Below, piece by piece: positions 7,773 to 17,173 of a stretch of DNA of 64,000 nucleotides. This DNA comes from Candidatus Omnitrophota bacterium. GTDB taxonomy: Bacteria; Omnitrophota; Gorgyraeia; Gygaellales; Profunditerraquicolaceae. Where the stretch lies: positions 7,969-71,968 of the forward strand of contig JAGVER010000007.1 in NCBI GenBank assembly GCA_020058085.1, read 5' to 3'. The position numbers and the translations under genes are program-made. Position 1 is the stretch's first letter. Each line of letters opens with the position of its first letter. The notes beneath the pieces were generated by a model that saw nothing but the letters and a program-made list of their open reading frames with translations, was not told the DNA's origin and searched no databases.

Positions 7773-9161
7773 ATGAAGTATATTAATGAAGAAAGAATCA
7801 ATAATTTGTTGGTTGATGCGACTAAATTTGATAGCCGCAAGATAGATGCTATTCTTAATAAGGCTAAATTGCTTAAACGGCTTACCTTAGAAGAGTCTGC
7901 CAGTTTGCTTGCTGTAGATGATTTGGTATATATGCAGAAGATATTTTCCGCGGCAAGTTTTGTTAAAGATAAGATTTACGGAAGGAGAGTAGTGCTTTTT
8001 GCTCCGCTCTATATAAGTAATCTTTGTGCAAATAACTGTCTTTATTGTGCGTTTAAGGCGGATAACTCATTAATTAAGCGTAGAGCCTTAAACCCTCTTG
8101 AAATTATTGACCAGACAGAATGGTTGTTGGGGCATGGCCATAAGAGAATACTCATGGTTTGTGGAGAAGATGCTCCGGGCGGAAAGGCTAATGTAGATTA
8201 CTATGTTGAAGCAGTTCGGGCTATCTATGCTGCAGAGGTTGGCAAGAATAAGATAAAAAGAGTTAATGTTAATTGCGCGCCGTTAAACATTGATGAATTT
8301 AAGAAGCTGAAGGCATCTGGTATAGGGACCTATCAGCTTTTTCAGGAAACATATAATCATGAGACTTATCTGCGTATGCATCCAAAAGGCCCTAAGAGTG
8401 ATCCTGATAATAGAATTGATGCGATTGACCGCGCATTTACCGCGGGAATAGATGATATAGGAATCGGAGCGCTTTACGGTTTATATGATTACAGGTTTGA
8501 AACTCTGGGCTTACTTTCTCATGTTGAGCATATGGAGAAGAAATTTAAGGTTGGGCCGCATACTATTTCTGTGCCGCGCATTGAGCCGGCTGATGGTGCA
8601 GAACTGTCTTTTAATCCGCCGTATAAGATTACGGATGAAGAGTTTAAAAAAGTGGTCGCGGTATTAAGGCTCTCTGTACCTTATACCGGGATAATTATCT
8701 CTACGCGTGAGAATCCGGAGATGCGCGATTCACTTTTAAGCCTTGGCGTTTCGCAGGTTAGCGCGGCATCACGAACCTCACCCGGAGGATATTCTGATTT
8801 TGATAAAGAAGATACCGGAGGGCAATTCTCTCTGAACGATTATCGTAGCCTAGATGAGGTAATTGCAACTTTGGTTAAGCATGACTATATCCCTAGTTTT
8901 TGCGCTGCCTGCTACCGTATGGAAAGAACCGGAGAAGTTTTTATGGATATGGCTAAACCCGGGACGATTAAAGGTAAGTGTAGCATTAATGCGCTGGTAA
9001 CGTTCAAAGAGTATCTGGATGATTTTGCATCTGAACCGGTTAGGAAATCCGGTTATAAGATGATTGAGCGTTATTTTAAGCAGTTGGATCATCTTGAACA
9101 GGAAAAGTTAAAGGTTCTTTTTGCACATGTTGACTCCGGGGTAAGGGATGAATATGTTTAA
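7773..9161 (+). CDS. hydG: Radical SAM [FeFe]-hydrogenase maturase HydG (tyrosine lyase type)
   Basis: CANNCLYCAF (CX3CX2C) and C-terminal CAAC-22 residues-C (CX2CX22C), the HydG auxiliary-cluster motif; AGGAG RBS. Confidence 0.85.
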   Translation: MKYINEERINNLLVDATKFDSRKIDAILNKAKLLKRLTLEESASLLAVDDLVYMQKIFSAASFVKDKIYGRRVVLFAPLYISNLCANNCLYCAFKADNSLIKRRALNPLEIIDQTEWLLGHGHKRILMVCGEDAPGGKANVDYYVEAVRAIYAAEVGKNKIKRVNVNCAPLNIDEFKKLKASGIGTYQLFQETYNHETYLRMHPKGPKSDPDNRIDAIDRAFTAGIDDIGIGALYGLYDYRFETLGLLSHVEHMEKKFKVGPHTISVPRIEPADGAELSFNPPYKITDEEFKKVVAVLRLSVPYTGIIISTRENPEMRDSLLSLGVSQVSAASRTSPGGYSDFDKEDTGGQFSLNDYRSLDEVIATLVKHDYIPSFCAACYRMERTGEVFMDMAKPGTIKGKCSINALVTFKEYLDDFASEPVRKSGYKMIERYFKQLDHLEQEKLKVLFAHVDSGVRDEYV

Positions 9162-9275
9162 TCTTAAGGGCCTTTTAGATAAAATTTATACGGCTAGTTT
9201 ACCAAACTCCAAGGATTTACATTATGATGGCTCAGTAGTTAGATAAGTATAAAGATTAAAAGAGGAGGTAAGGTT

Positions 9276-9404
9276 ATGGCAAAAGTCCAGAAAGTTGGAG
9301 AGGTATATAAGTGTGATGTTTGCGGGAATGTTGTAGAGGTCCAGAAAGTTGGCGGAGGAGAATTAGTCTGCTGCCAGCAGCCTATGGTAAAGATTAAAGG
9401 ATAG
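9276..9404 (+). CDS. Desulforedoxin-type small iron protein (42 aa; below the ORF-track cutoff)
   Basis: [42 protein letters not shown] has the CxxC...CC pattern and resembles desulforedoxin / the Dfx N-domain; AGGAGG RBS at 9262-9267. Confidence 0.75.
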   Translation: MAKVQKVGEVYKCDVCGNVVEVQKVGGGELVCCQQPMVKIKG

Positions 9405-9419
9405 TTGAGGAGTCTCTAA

Positions 9420-10646
9420 ATGCAATCGGGAAATAAGAAAACTGCTTTTCAGATTATTATGCTTTTTGGTTTAGTCAGCCTTTTTGGCGATATGGTCTAC
9501 GAAGGGGCGCGCAGTGTAAATGGGCCTTACCTAAAGACGCTTGGGGCAAATGCCGCGATGGTAGGTTTTATCGCAGGCGTTGCTGAATTCATGGGTTATA
9601 TTGTGCGTTTGGCCTCTGGTTATTTTGCCGATAAAACCAAAGCTTATTGGTTATTTACTTTCTTAGGATATGGTTTATTAATTGTAGTCCCGCTACTTTC
9701 TTTAGCAGGGATTTGGCAGGTAGCGTTGATATTTATTATTTTAGAGAGATTAGGTAAGGCTCTGCGCAGCCCAGCTAGGGATACTATACTTTCGCAAGCG
9801 ACTAAGCAGGTGGGCACGGGTTTTGGTTTTGCCATTGCTGAAGCGCTTGATCAAATCGGAGCAGTTATTGGGCCGCTTATTTTTACCGTGCTTTTTGTTA
9901 TATTGGGGAAGGGAGATAAGAATTTAATTGACTATCAAAAAGGTTATAGTTTGCTCTGGATTCCTTTTGTTTTAGTCATGCTCTGTGTTTTATTCGCCTA
10001 TAAAAAAGCTCCTAATTCGGAAATTTTAGAGAGCTCTGTAGTTAGAAAATCCGAGCCGGATAAATTAAGTAAAGTCTTTTGGCTCTATACTATATTTAGC
10101 TTTGTTACTACCCTAGGTTTTACTAATTTTGTTCTTATCGGCTATCATTTTAAGGCTAAGCATGTTCTTACAGACGCGCAAATACCATTATTTTACGCTA
10201 TTGCCATGGGAGTTGATGCGATAGCCGCTTTGATTATCGGTAAGACTTATGATCTCTTTAAGAATAGAAGACGGAATGATAAGGCTGGTCTATCCACGTT
10301 GATTATTATTCCTCTCTTTTCAATCTTTATACCGCTTTTCGCATTTACCCAGAGTTACATTCTGGCCTTGGTTAGCGCGATTATCTGGGGAATAGTTATG
10401 GGCGCACATGAGACAGTAATGAAATCTGCAATCGCCGATCTTACGACCTTAAAGAAAAGAGGCACTGGTTACGGAATTTTTAATACCGCTTACGGTTTGG
10501 CGATTTTTATTGGTAGTGCGTTCTTCGGTTTACTTTATGAAAAATCAATATCAGCGATTATTATTTTTAGTATATTGATCCAATTTGTAGGTATTTTGGC
10601 TTTTTTTGCAATGCGCAGAGAAACGCTACAAGCAGAGGAGATCTAA
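9420..10646 (+). CDS. MFS-type transporter
   Basis: 408 aa, about 12 hydrophobic segments with a central loop; substrate unknown. Confidence 0.65.
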   Translation: MQSGNKKTAFQIIMLFGLVSLFGDMVYEGARSVNGPYLKTLGANAAMVGFIAGVAEFMGYIVRLASGYFADKTKAYWLFTFLGYGLLIVVPLLSLAGIWQVALIFIILERLGKALRSPARDTILSQATKQVGTGFGFAIAEALDQIGAVIGPLIFTVLFVILGKGDKNLIDYQKGYSLLWIPFVLVMLCVLFAYKKAPNSEILESSVVRKSEPDKLSKVFWLYTIFSFVTTLGFTNFVLIGYHFKAKHVLTDAQIPLFYAIAMGVDAIAALIIGKTYDLFKNRRRNDKAGLSTLIIIPLFSIFIPLFAFTQSYILALVSAIIWGIVMGAHETVMKSAIADLTTLKKRGTGYGIFNTAYGLAIFIGSAFFGLLYEKSISAIIIFSILIQFVGILAFFAMRRETLQAEEI

Positions 10647-10806
10647 ACCTCCCCTTAAAAATGGCGTTATGAAATTAGACGAGTAAGAAGAAAATAGAAT
10701 TGAGTAAATTAAAAAATAGTATATAATTATTATGTTAACAATTTCATAGTTTAGTATGGCGGGAACAACTTTTCAAAGAGATTATTAGACAAAATGGAGG
10801 TGGAAG

Positions 10807-11094
10807 ATGTGTTATACAGTACCAGCTTTAGCAGCTATTTTGACAACTTTTATGCGGAGTAGCAATAAGAGAGTGCCACTTTTTTGGTTGATGCTTATGT
10901 TTTATGGAGGAGCTTTATTTGGAATAATTGATCACCTTTGGAATGGAGAACTGTTTTTAATTTCAGAGAACTGGGCGAAAGATTTAGGCTTAGGAGTGGT
11001 GATTACCGTGGCCATAATTTTGGCTTGGAGAGTAGTTTTATTTCTAGTCAAAAAAACTCCGGAATTAAATAGCCATTTGCTAATAGAAAAATAA
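10807..11094 (+). CDS. Small membrane protein, unknown function
   Basis: 95 aa, three hydrophobic segments, GGAGGTGG RBS. Confidence 0.5.
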   Translation: MCYTVPALAAILTTFMRSSNKRVPLFWLMLMFYGGALFGIIDHLWNGELFLISENWAKDLGLGVVITVAIILAWRVVLFLVKKTPELNSHLLIEK

Positions 11095-11181
11095 AACCAG
11101 GGAAATACCAAGAAATACCTGACTCATTGTCTGCGGTATAATTATCGATAGTATTTTTGAGATATGAATAGTGGAGGAGAG

Positions 11182-12144
11182 ATGATTATCCTAACCGGTG
11201 GTGCGGGTTTTATCGGTAGTTGTTTTCTGTGGAAACTCAACCAGCATGGAATCAATGATATTATTGTTGTCGATGATTTTGATTCTTCCGCCAAGTGGAA
11301 GAATCTTGTTGGCAAGAAATTTATCGATTATATCCAGAAGGATGATTTTTTAAACATTCTTGAGTCCGGAAAACTTGCTGGTATAAAGAAAATTATTCAT
11401 TTAGGCGCCTGTAGTTCAACTATTCTGGATGATTCTGCATATTTTTTAAAGAATAATTATGAATATTCCAAACGGCTTGCTTTATGGGCTTTTGATCATA
11501 AGGCAAAGTTTATCTATGCTTCATCGGCAGCTACTTACGGAAATGGCGCAGAGGGCTATGATGATGCCGATGAGGTTGCTTCTGGCTTGCGGCCGCTCAA
11601 TATTTATGGATACACAAAACATCTTTTTGATTTATGGCTTCTGCAAAATGGTTTGATTAATAAAGCAGTTGGCCTTAAATTCTTTAATGTTTTTGGCCCT
11701 AATGAATACCACAAAGAAGAGATGATGAGTGTTATCTGTAAGCGTTTCAAGGAAATTAAAGAAGGCAAGCCAATGCGCCTTTTTAAGTCTTACCATAGCG
11801 ACTATAAAGACGGTGAGCAGAAAAGAGATTTTATTTATGTTAAGGATGCAGTTGAAGTAATCTATTATTTCTATGAGAATTCTCAAAAAAGCGGAATCTA
11901 TAATTTAGGCACAGGAAAGGCGCGCAGCTGGAATGATTTAGCTAAGGCTATGTTTTCTGCTTTAGGGATTAAGCCTGTAATTGAATATATTGAGATGCCT
12001 GATGAGATAAAAGGGCAGTATCAATATTATACTCAAGCTAAGATGGATAAGCTTAGGGCTTGCGGGTGCAGATGTGAATTTATGCCGCTTGAAGATTCAA
12101 TCAAGGATTACGCTGGATACTTAAAAACAGGTTCGTATTTATAG
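11182..12144 (+). CDS. hldD: ADP-L-glycero-D-manno-heptose 6-epimerase
   Basis: MIILTGGAGFIGS, ASSAATYG, YGYTKHLFD, FNVFGPNEYHK match E. coli HldD/RfaD along the full length. Start moved to the ATG after GGAGGAGAG. Confidence 0.88.
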   Translation: MIILTGGAGFIGSCFLWKLNQHGINDIIVVDDFDSSAKWKNLVGKKFIDYIQKDDFLNILESGKLAGIKKIIHLGACSSTILDDSAYFLKNNYEYSKRLALWAFDHKAKFIYASSAATYGNGAEGYDDADEVASGLRPLNIYGYTKHLFDLWLLQNGLINKAVGLKFFNVFGPNEYHKEEMMSVICKRFKEIKEGKPMRLFKSYHSDYKDGEQKRDFIYVKDAVEVIYYFYENSQKSGIYNLGTGKARSWNDLAKAMFSALGIKPVIEYIEMPDEIKGQYQYYTQAKMDKLRACGCRCEFMPLEDSIKDYAGYLKTGSYL

Positions 12145-12163
12145 TAAGAAAGCTTAAAAGATA

Positions 12164-13285
12164 ATGGAAGATAATACAGCGCTCGCTGCTACGCCTCTTA
12201 TAGATAAGCATAAAAATTTAGGGGCAAAACTAGCGCCTTTTGGCGGCTGGTTAATGCCTATTCAGTATAGTGGTATTATTGAAGAGCATAACTGGACTCG
12301 TACTAATGCCGGGCTCTTCGATATCTGCCATATGGGCGAATTTACCATCGAGGCTGATTTATCAAAAAGCAACCTAGATGATTTAGTAACGGTTAACCTT
12401 AAGTCGTTACCGGAAGGCACTTGTCGTTACGGATTTATGCTTAATGAGCAGGGTGGCATCATTGATGATCTTATTGTCTATAGGATCTCACAGTTTCAAT
12501 GGATGGTTGTAGTTAATGCCGCTACTACCAATAGTGATGAGGAACACATGCGTAAATACTTAAATGGCGCGACGCGCCTTGAAAATATCTCAACATTTTT
12601 GGGTAAGCTTGATTTGCAAGGGCCAGAATCAGGAAATGTTTTAAGAAGGCTGGTTAATGAAGATATACAATTGAAATATTATACTTTTGGTTATTTTACT
12701 CTCCTTGGTGAAAAGATTATTATTAGTCGTACCGGTTATACTGGAGAGTTAGGTTATGAATTGTATATGCCTAACAAAAATATTCTTCAGTTATGGGATA
12801 GGGTGTTGGCTGATAAGTTGGTTAAACCAGTAGGCCTTGGCGCTCGAGATACCTTACGCCTTGAAATTGGCTATAGCCTTTACGGACAGGATATAGATCA
12901 AAATACATCACCTTTAGAAGCAGGGCTCGAGTATTTTATTGACTGGGATAAAGAGTTTATTGGTAAAGCTGCGCTTAAGAAAGAGAAGCAGGAAGGATTG
13001 CCTAGGAGAATGATTTGTTTTGTCTCTGGTTCTAGGCGTTCACCGAGGCATAATTATCATATAGTGCATCAGGGCGAAGATGTTGGAAGTGTAACCAGCG
13101 GTTCATTCTCACCTAGCTTAGGAGTTGGTATTGGCATGGGATATGTTAGCCGTGAAGTTAAAGTTGGAGAATTGGTTGATCTTGTTGAGGGTTTAGTCTC
13201 TATAAACGCGAAAGTCGTAAATAAACCGTTTTATAAAAATGGTAGCGTAAAATGTGAAAGGGCAAAAAATGCTTATACCGGATAA
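12164..13285 (+). CDS. gcvT: Glycine cleavage system T protein (aminomethyltransferase)
   Basis: LFDICHMGEF, SRTGYTGELGYE motifs; operon context with gcvH and gcvP. Confidence 0.9.
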   Translation: MEDNTALAATPLIDKHKNLGAKLAPFGGWLMPIQYSGIIEEHNWTRTNAGLFDICHMGEFTIEADLSKSNLDDLVTVNLKSLPEGTCRYGFMLNEQGGIIDDLIVYRISQFQWMVVVNAATTNSDEEHMRKYLNGATRLENISTFLGKLDLQGPESGNVLRRLVNEDIQLKYYTFGYFTLLGEKIIISRTGYTGELGYELYMPNKNILQLWDRVLADKLVKPVGLGARDTLRLEIGYSLYGQDIDQNTSPLEAGLEYFIDWDKEFIGKAALKKEKQEGLPRRMICFVSGSRRSPRHNYHIVHQGEDVGSVTSGSFSPSLGVGIGMGYVSREVKVGELVDLVEGLVSINAKVVNKPFYKNGSVKCERAKNAYTG

Positions 13286-13658
13286 TCTTTTGTATACTAA
13301 AGATCATGAATGGGCAAAGATTGAGGGGGATAACGCAAGATTAGGGATTACTGATTTTGCTCAGTCTTCTCTCGGGGATATCACTTTTATTGATTTACCG
13401 AAGATAGGCGCAAACGTAAAACAGTCTGATTTATACGCTACAGTTGAGTCAGTCAAGGCTGCGTCGGATGTTTATGCTCCGCTTTCAGGCGAGGTATTAA
13501 AAGTTAATGATGAATTAGTCAACCATCCGGAGCTAGTGAATAAATCACCATATGAATCAGGATGGTTTTCAATAATTAAGATCTCCGACGCTACAGAAAA
13601 GAACAAGCTTATGACTCCTGCGCAATACAAAGGATATGTAGAAGGATTATCTAAATGA
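13269..13658 (+). CDS. gcvH: Glycine cleavage system H protein
   Basis: YTKDHEW and the lipoyl-lysine motif VESVKAASDVYAPLSG. ATG 13269 preferred over GTG 13254. Confidence 0.9.
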   Translation: MLIPDNLLYTKDHEWAKIEGDNARLGITDFAQSSLGDITFIDLPKIGANVKQSDLYATVESVKAASDVYAPLSGEVLKVNDELVNHPELVNKSPYESGWFSIIKISDATEKNKLMTPAQYKGYVEGLSK

Positions 13659-14992
13659 GTTATATTCCGCATACAGAATTAGAAAAAAAGGAGATGCTCA
13701 AAGCCATCGGCTTAAAAAGCATTGATCAGCTATTTAAGGATATTCCCTTAAGCCTGCGGCCCAAGTCATTCAATATCCCGCAGGGAAAGTCTGAGCTCGA
13801 AGTAGTTGAGTATTTCAAGCTTCTTGCAGCCAAGAACGCAACGCATCTTACAAATTTTGTAGGAGGCGGTTTCTATGACCATTATATTCCGGCGGCAGTT
13901 GATGCCTTAGCTTCTAAACCTGAATTTTATACAGCTTATACTCCGTATCAACCTGAATGCTCGCAGGGTTGGCTACAGGCGATTTATGAATATCAGACGA
14001 TAATCTGCGAATTAACCGGATTGGATGTTTCTAACGCTTCTCTTTATGACGGCGGTACTGCGCTTTATGAGGCAGCGATGATGGCAGTCCGGCTTACCGG
14101 AAGAAAGAAGATTATTGTTGATAGCGGGGTTAGTTTAATCTACCGTACTATGTTATATACTTATACTTCCAATCTTTCTATTGAATTTGTGGAGACACCT
14201 GTAGTTCACGGGCAGAGCTGCCGCGAAGATATATATAAGAATCTTGATGATAAGACTGCCGCAGTGATTGTGCAAAACCCGAATTTCTTTGGTGCGGTGG
14301 ATGATTTTTCAGATATTGTTGAACGCGTGCATAGCAAGGGCGCATTGGCGATAGCTTCAGTTTATCCGGTCTCTTTAGGTATACTTAAGAGCCCGGGGGA
14401 GATGGGTTTTGATATCACAACTGGAGAAGGCCAGAGCCTAGGTATTCCCCTGTCATTTGGCGGTCCGTATTTAGGTTTTATCGCTGTTAAAAAAGAACAT
14501 ATGCGCCAGATGCCGGGAAGAATCGTTGGTGAGACCGTGGATAAAGACGGCAAGCGCGGGTTTGTTCTAACTTTGCAGGCGCGTGAGCAGCATATTCGAA
14601 GAGAGAAAGCGACTTCTAATATTTGTTCCAATGAGGCACTCTGCGCATTAAGGGCTTTAATTTATACTTCGCTTTTGGGCAAGATTGGTTTACAGGAATT
14701 AGCCAGACTTAACTATCAAAAGGCAGAATTTGCTAAGTCGGTTTTAGATAAAGTCCCAGGAGTAAAAGTTAAGCGAAGCTCTCCTACATTTAATGAGTTT
14801 ACTTTGGAGCTACCTAAAAACGCCGATGAAGTAGTTAGCCAGATGATTAATAGGGGATTCGCTTCTGGTTTTCCCTTGGGTAGATTTTATAAGGGCCTGG
14901 ATAATTATCTTTTGGTCGCGGTTACAGAGAAGCGTACTAAAGAAGAGATTCTCAATTTTGCTAAAGATTTGGAGGCTGTGTTATGCAGTTAA
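13655..14992 (+). CDS. gcvPA: Glycine dehydrogenase (decarboxylating) subunit 1
   Basis: 445 aa; YTPYQPE(C)SQG signature; position in the gcv operon. Confidence 0.9.
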   Translation: MSYIPHTELEKKEMLKAIGLKSIDQLFKDIPLSLRPKSFNIPQGKSELEVVEYFKLLAAKNATHLTNFVGGGFYDHYIPAAVDALASKPEFYTAYTPYQPECSQGWLQAIYEYQTIICELTGLDVSNASLYDGGTALYEAAMMAVRLTGRKKIIVDSGVSLIYRTMLYTYTSNLSIEFVETPVVHGQSCREDIYKNLDDKTAAVIVQNPNFFGAVDDFSDIVERVHSKGALAIASVYPVSLGILKSPGEMGFDITTGEGQSLGIPLSFGGPYLGFIAVKKEHMRQMPGRIVGETVDKDGKRGFVLTLQAREQHIRREKATSNICSNEALCALRALIYTSLLGKIGLQELARLNYQKAEFAKSVLDKVPGVKVKRSSPTFNEFTLELPKNADEVVSQMINRGFASGFPLGRFYKGLDNYLLVAVTEKRTKEEILNFAKDLEAVLCS

Positions 14993-16434
14993 TTTTTGAG
15001 AAGAGCCGCGCTGGCCGACGGGGCTTTCGGTTACCTGAAGCTGATCTGCCGCTAGCTAAAGCTTTACCTGAAAAATACTGTCGTAAGCTAGAGGCAGAAC
15101 TACCTGAAGTCTCAGAATTGGATCTTGTCCGTCATTTCTCAAATTTATCCCGTCTTAATTTTTCTGTGGATACAAATTTCTATCCTCTTGGTTCTTGCAC
15201 CATGAAATATAATCCTAAATTTACAGAAAAAATTGCTGCTATGGATGGTTTTGCGGACCTACATCCGCTCCTACCGCAGCTTTCAGGCGGTGGCATGCTC
15301 GCGCAGGGATCGCTGGAAGTTTTGTATAATACGGAAAGATTGCTTAGTGAGATTACAGGAATGGCTGAGTTTACAACCCAGCCCCTTGCCGGAGCTCATG
15401 GAGAATTAACCGGAGTTATGCTTATTGCCGCGTATCATAAATCTCAAGGAAAATCTAGAAAACACGTTATCGTGCCGGATTCTTCGCATGGGACTAATCC
15501 AGCAAGTGCGGCAATCGCAGGGTATGATGTGGTGGTTATCCCAACAGATAAAGATGGATCGCTGGATATGCAGGCATATAAGAAGGCTTTAAATAATGAA
15601 ACTGCCGCAGTAATGCTTACTTGTCCGGATACTCTTGGCCTCTTTAATCCAAGAATAAAAGAGATTGCAGATTTGGCGCATAGTGTCGGCGCGCTTATGT
15701 ATTACGACGGAGCGAACCTTAATGCGATATTGGGTAAATGCCGTCCGGGAGATATTGGTTTTGATGTAATCCATCTTAATTTACATAAAACATTTGCTAC
15801 GCCTCATGGTGGAGGTGGGCCTGGGGCAGGTCCGGTTGGCGTTTGCGAGAAGCTGGTGGATTTTCTCCCGATATCACGCGTAGTGCGTCGGAATGACGGG
15901 ACTTTTGCTCTAGATTATCAGAAGCATAAAACTATCGGGTATATAGCGCCATTTTATGGAAATTTTGCGGTTATTTTAAAGGCCTACGCGTATATATTAG
16001 CGCTTGGAAAGTCCGGGCTTATTGAAGCAAGCGAAAATGCTGTGCTTAGTGCTAATTACTGCCTTGCACGCTTAAAAAATTATTTTAAAGTGGCTTATGA
16101 TAGAATTTGTATGCATGAATGTGTTTTATCCGCATCTCTTCAGTTGGAACAAGGTGTACACGCTTTAGATATCGCTAAATATCTTATCGATAAAGGCTTT
16201 CATCCGCCGACGATATATTTCCCGCTGATTGTTAAAGAGGCAATGATGATTGAGCCGACCGAGACCGAAAGCAAGGAGACGCTTGATGCCTTTATTGAAG
16301 TTATGATTGAAGCGGCAAAGCTCTCTAAAACCAATCCTGAAGTTCTTCGTTTAGCCCCAATTACTATGCCGATAAAACGGCTTGATGAAACAAGAGCTGC
16401 CCGAGAACCAAATCTGCGTTGGAAATCAAAGTAA
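14983..16434 (+). CDS. gcvPB: Glycine dehydrogenase (decarboxylating) subunit 2
   Basis: PLP-lysine region HLNLHKTFATPHGGGGPG. Confidence 0.9.
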   Translation: MQLIFEKSRAGRRGFRLPEADLPLAKALPEKYCRKLEAELPEVSELDLVRHFSNLSRLNFSVDTNFYPLGSCTMKYNPKFTEKIAAMDGFADLHPLLPQLSGGGMLAQGSLEVLYNTERLLSEITGMAEFTTQPLAGAHGELTGVMLIAAYHKSQGKSRKHVIVPDSSHGTNPASAAIAGYDVVVIPTDKDGSLDMQAYKKALNNETAAVMLTCPDTLGLFNPRIKEIADLAHSVGALMYYDGANLNAILGKCRPGDIGFDVIHLNLHKTFATPHGGGGPGAGPVGVCEKLVDFLPISRVVRRNDGTFALDYQKHKTIGYIAPFYGNFAVILKAYAYILALGKSGLIEASENAVLSANYCLARLKNYFKVAYDRICMHECVLSASLQLEQGVHALDIAKYLIDKGFHPPTIYFPLIVKEAMMIEPTETESKETLDAFIEVMIEAAKLSKTNPEVLRLAPITMPIKRLDETRAAREPNLRWKSK

Positions 16435-16441
16435 GGTTATC

Positions 16442-17173
16442 ATGAAAAAATTTAGGCTAATACGTTCAGGACCAGCGAGTGCTTCCTATAATATGGCGGT
16501 GGACGAGAAGATATTTTTTCGTTATCTGAAAGACGGTATTCCGGTTTTTCGTATTTATAGCTGGCAAGTACCTTCTTTTACCTACGGCGTTTCCCAGAAA
16601 CCTGAGCGGGAGATAAATATGCCTCAATGCGCTAAAGATGGTATTAATATTGCCAAGAGAATGACCGGAGGTGGGATGTTATTCCATTATAACGAAATAA
16701 CCTATAGCCTTGTCTGTAGTAAGGATGATATCGGTGAAGGGAAAGATGTTTTTGTTTCTTATCGTAAGATCTGCGCTTTTCTGATATTCTTTTATCAGTC
16801 GCTCGGTTTAAAACCATCTTTTGCTTGTGAAGTAGATAATTTTATTGATAATTCCGCGGCGCATCCATTATGCAGCGCCTCGCATGAAAAATATGATATT
16901 GTTATTAACGGCAAAAAGATCGGCGGTAATGCCCAGAAGCGTAATCGGCAAGCGGTATTTCAGCATGGCTCGATTCCTATAAGCCTTGATTGGGAATTGA
17001 TGCGTCGCTATGTGCGTTACTTGCCGGAGGGAGTTTCTTCAAGCGTTACCGCGCTTGCTCAAGAGCTTAAGGATCTGCCGAGTAAGGAAATTTTGGAGCA
17101 AAAACTTATAGATGCCGTTAGGCATACATTTAATGCCAGTTTTACGGAAGAAAAAGAACCGTTATTCTTATGA
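16442..17173 (+). CDS. Lipoate-protein ligase / octanoyltransferase family (LplA/LipM-like)
   Basis: BPL_LplA_LipB-type core with KIGGNAQKR; between gcvPB and lipA. Start moved to ATG 16442, after the gcvPB stop. Confidence 0.75.
   Translation: MKKFRLIRSGPASASYNMAVDEKIFFRYLKDGIPVFRIYSWQVPSFTYGVSQKPEREINMPQCAKDGINIAKRMTGGGMLFHYNEITYSLVCSKDDIGEGKDVFVSYRKICAFLIFFYQSLGLKPSFACEVDNFIDNSAAHPLCSASHEKYDIVINGKKIGGNAQKRNRQAVFQHGSIPISLDWELMRRYVRYLPEGVSSSVTALAQELKDLPSKEILEQKLIDAVRHTFNASFTEEKEPLFL

Noticed and set aside
12145-12163. Glycine riboswitch upstream of gcvT
   Set aside because: Only 19 nt separate hldD from gcvT, which leaves no room for an aptamer.
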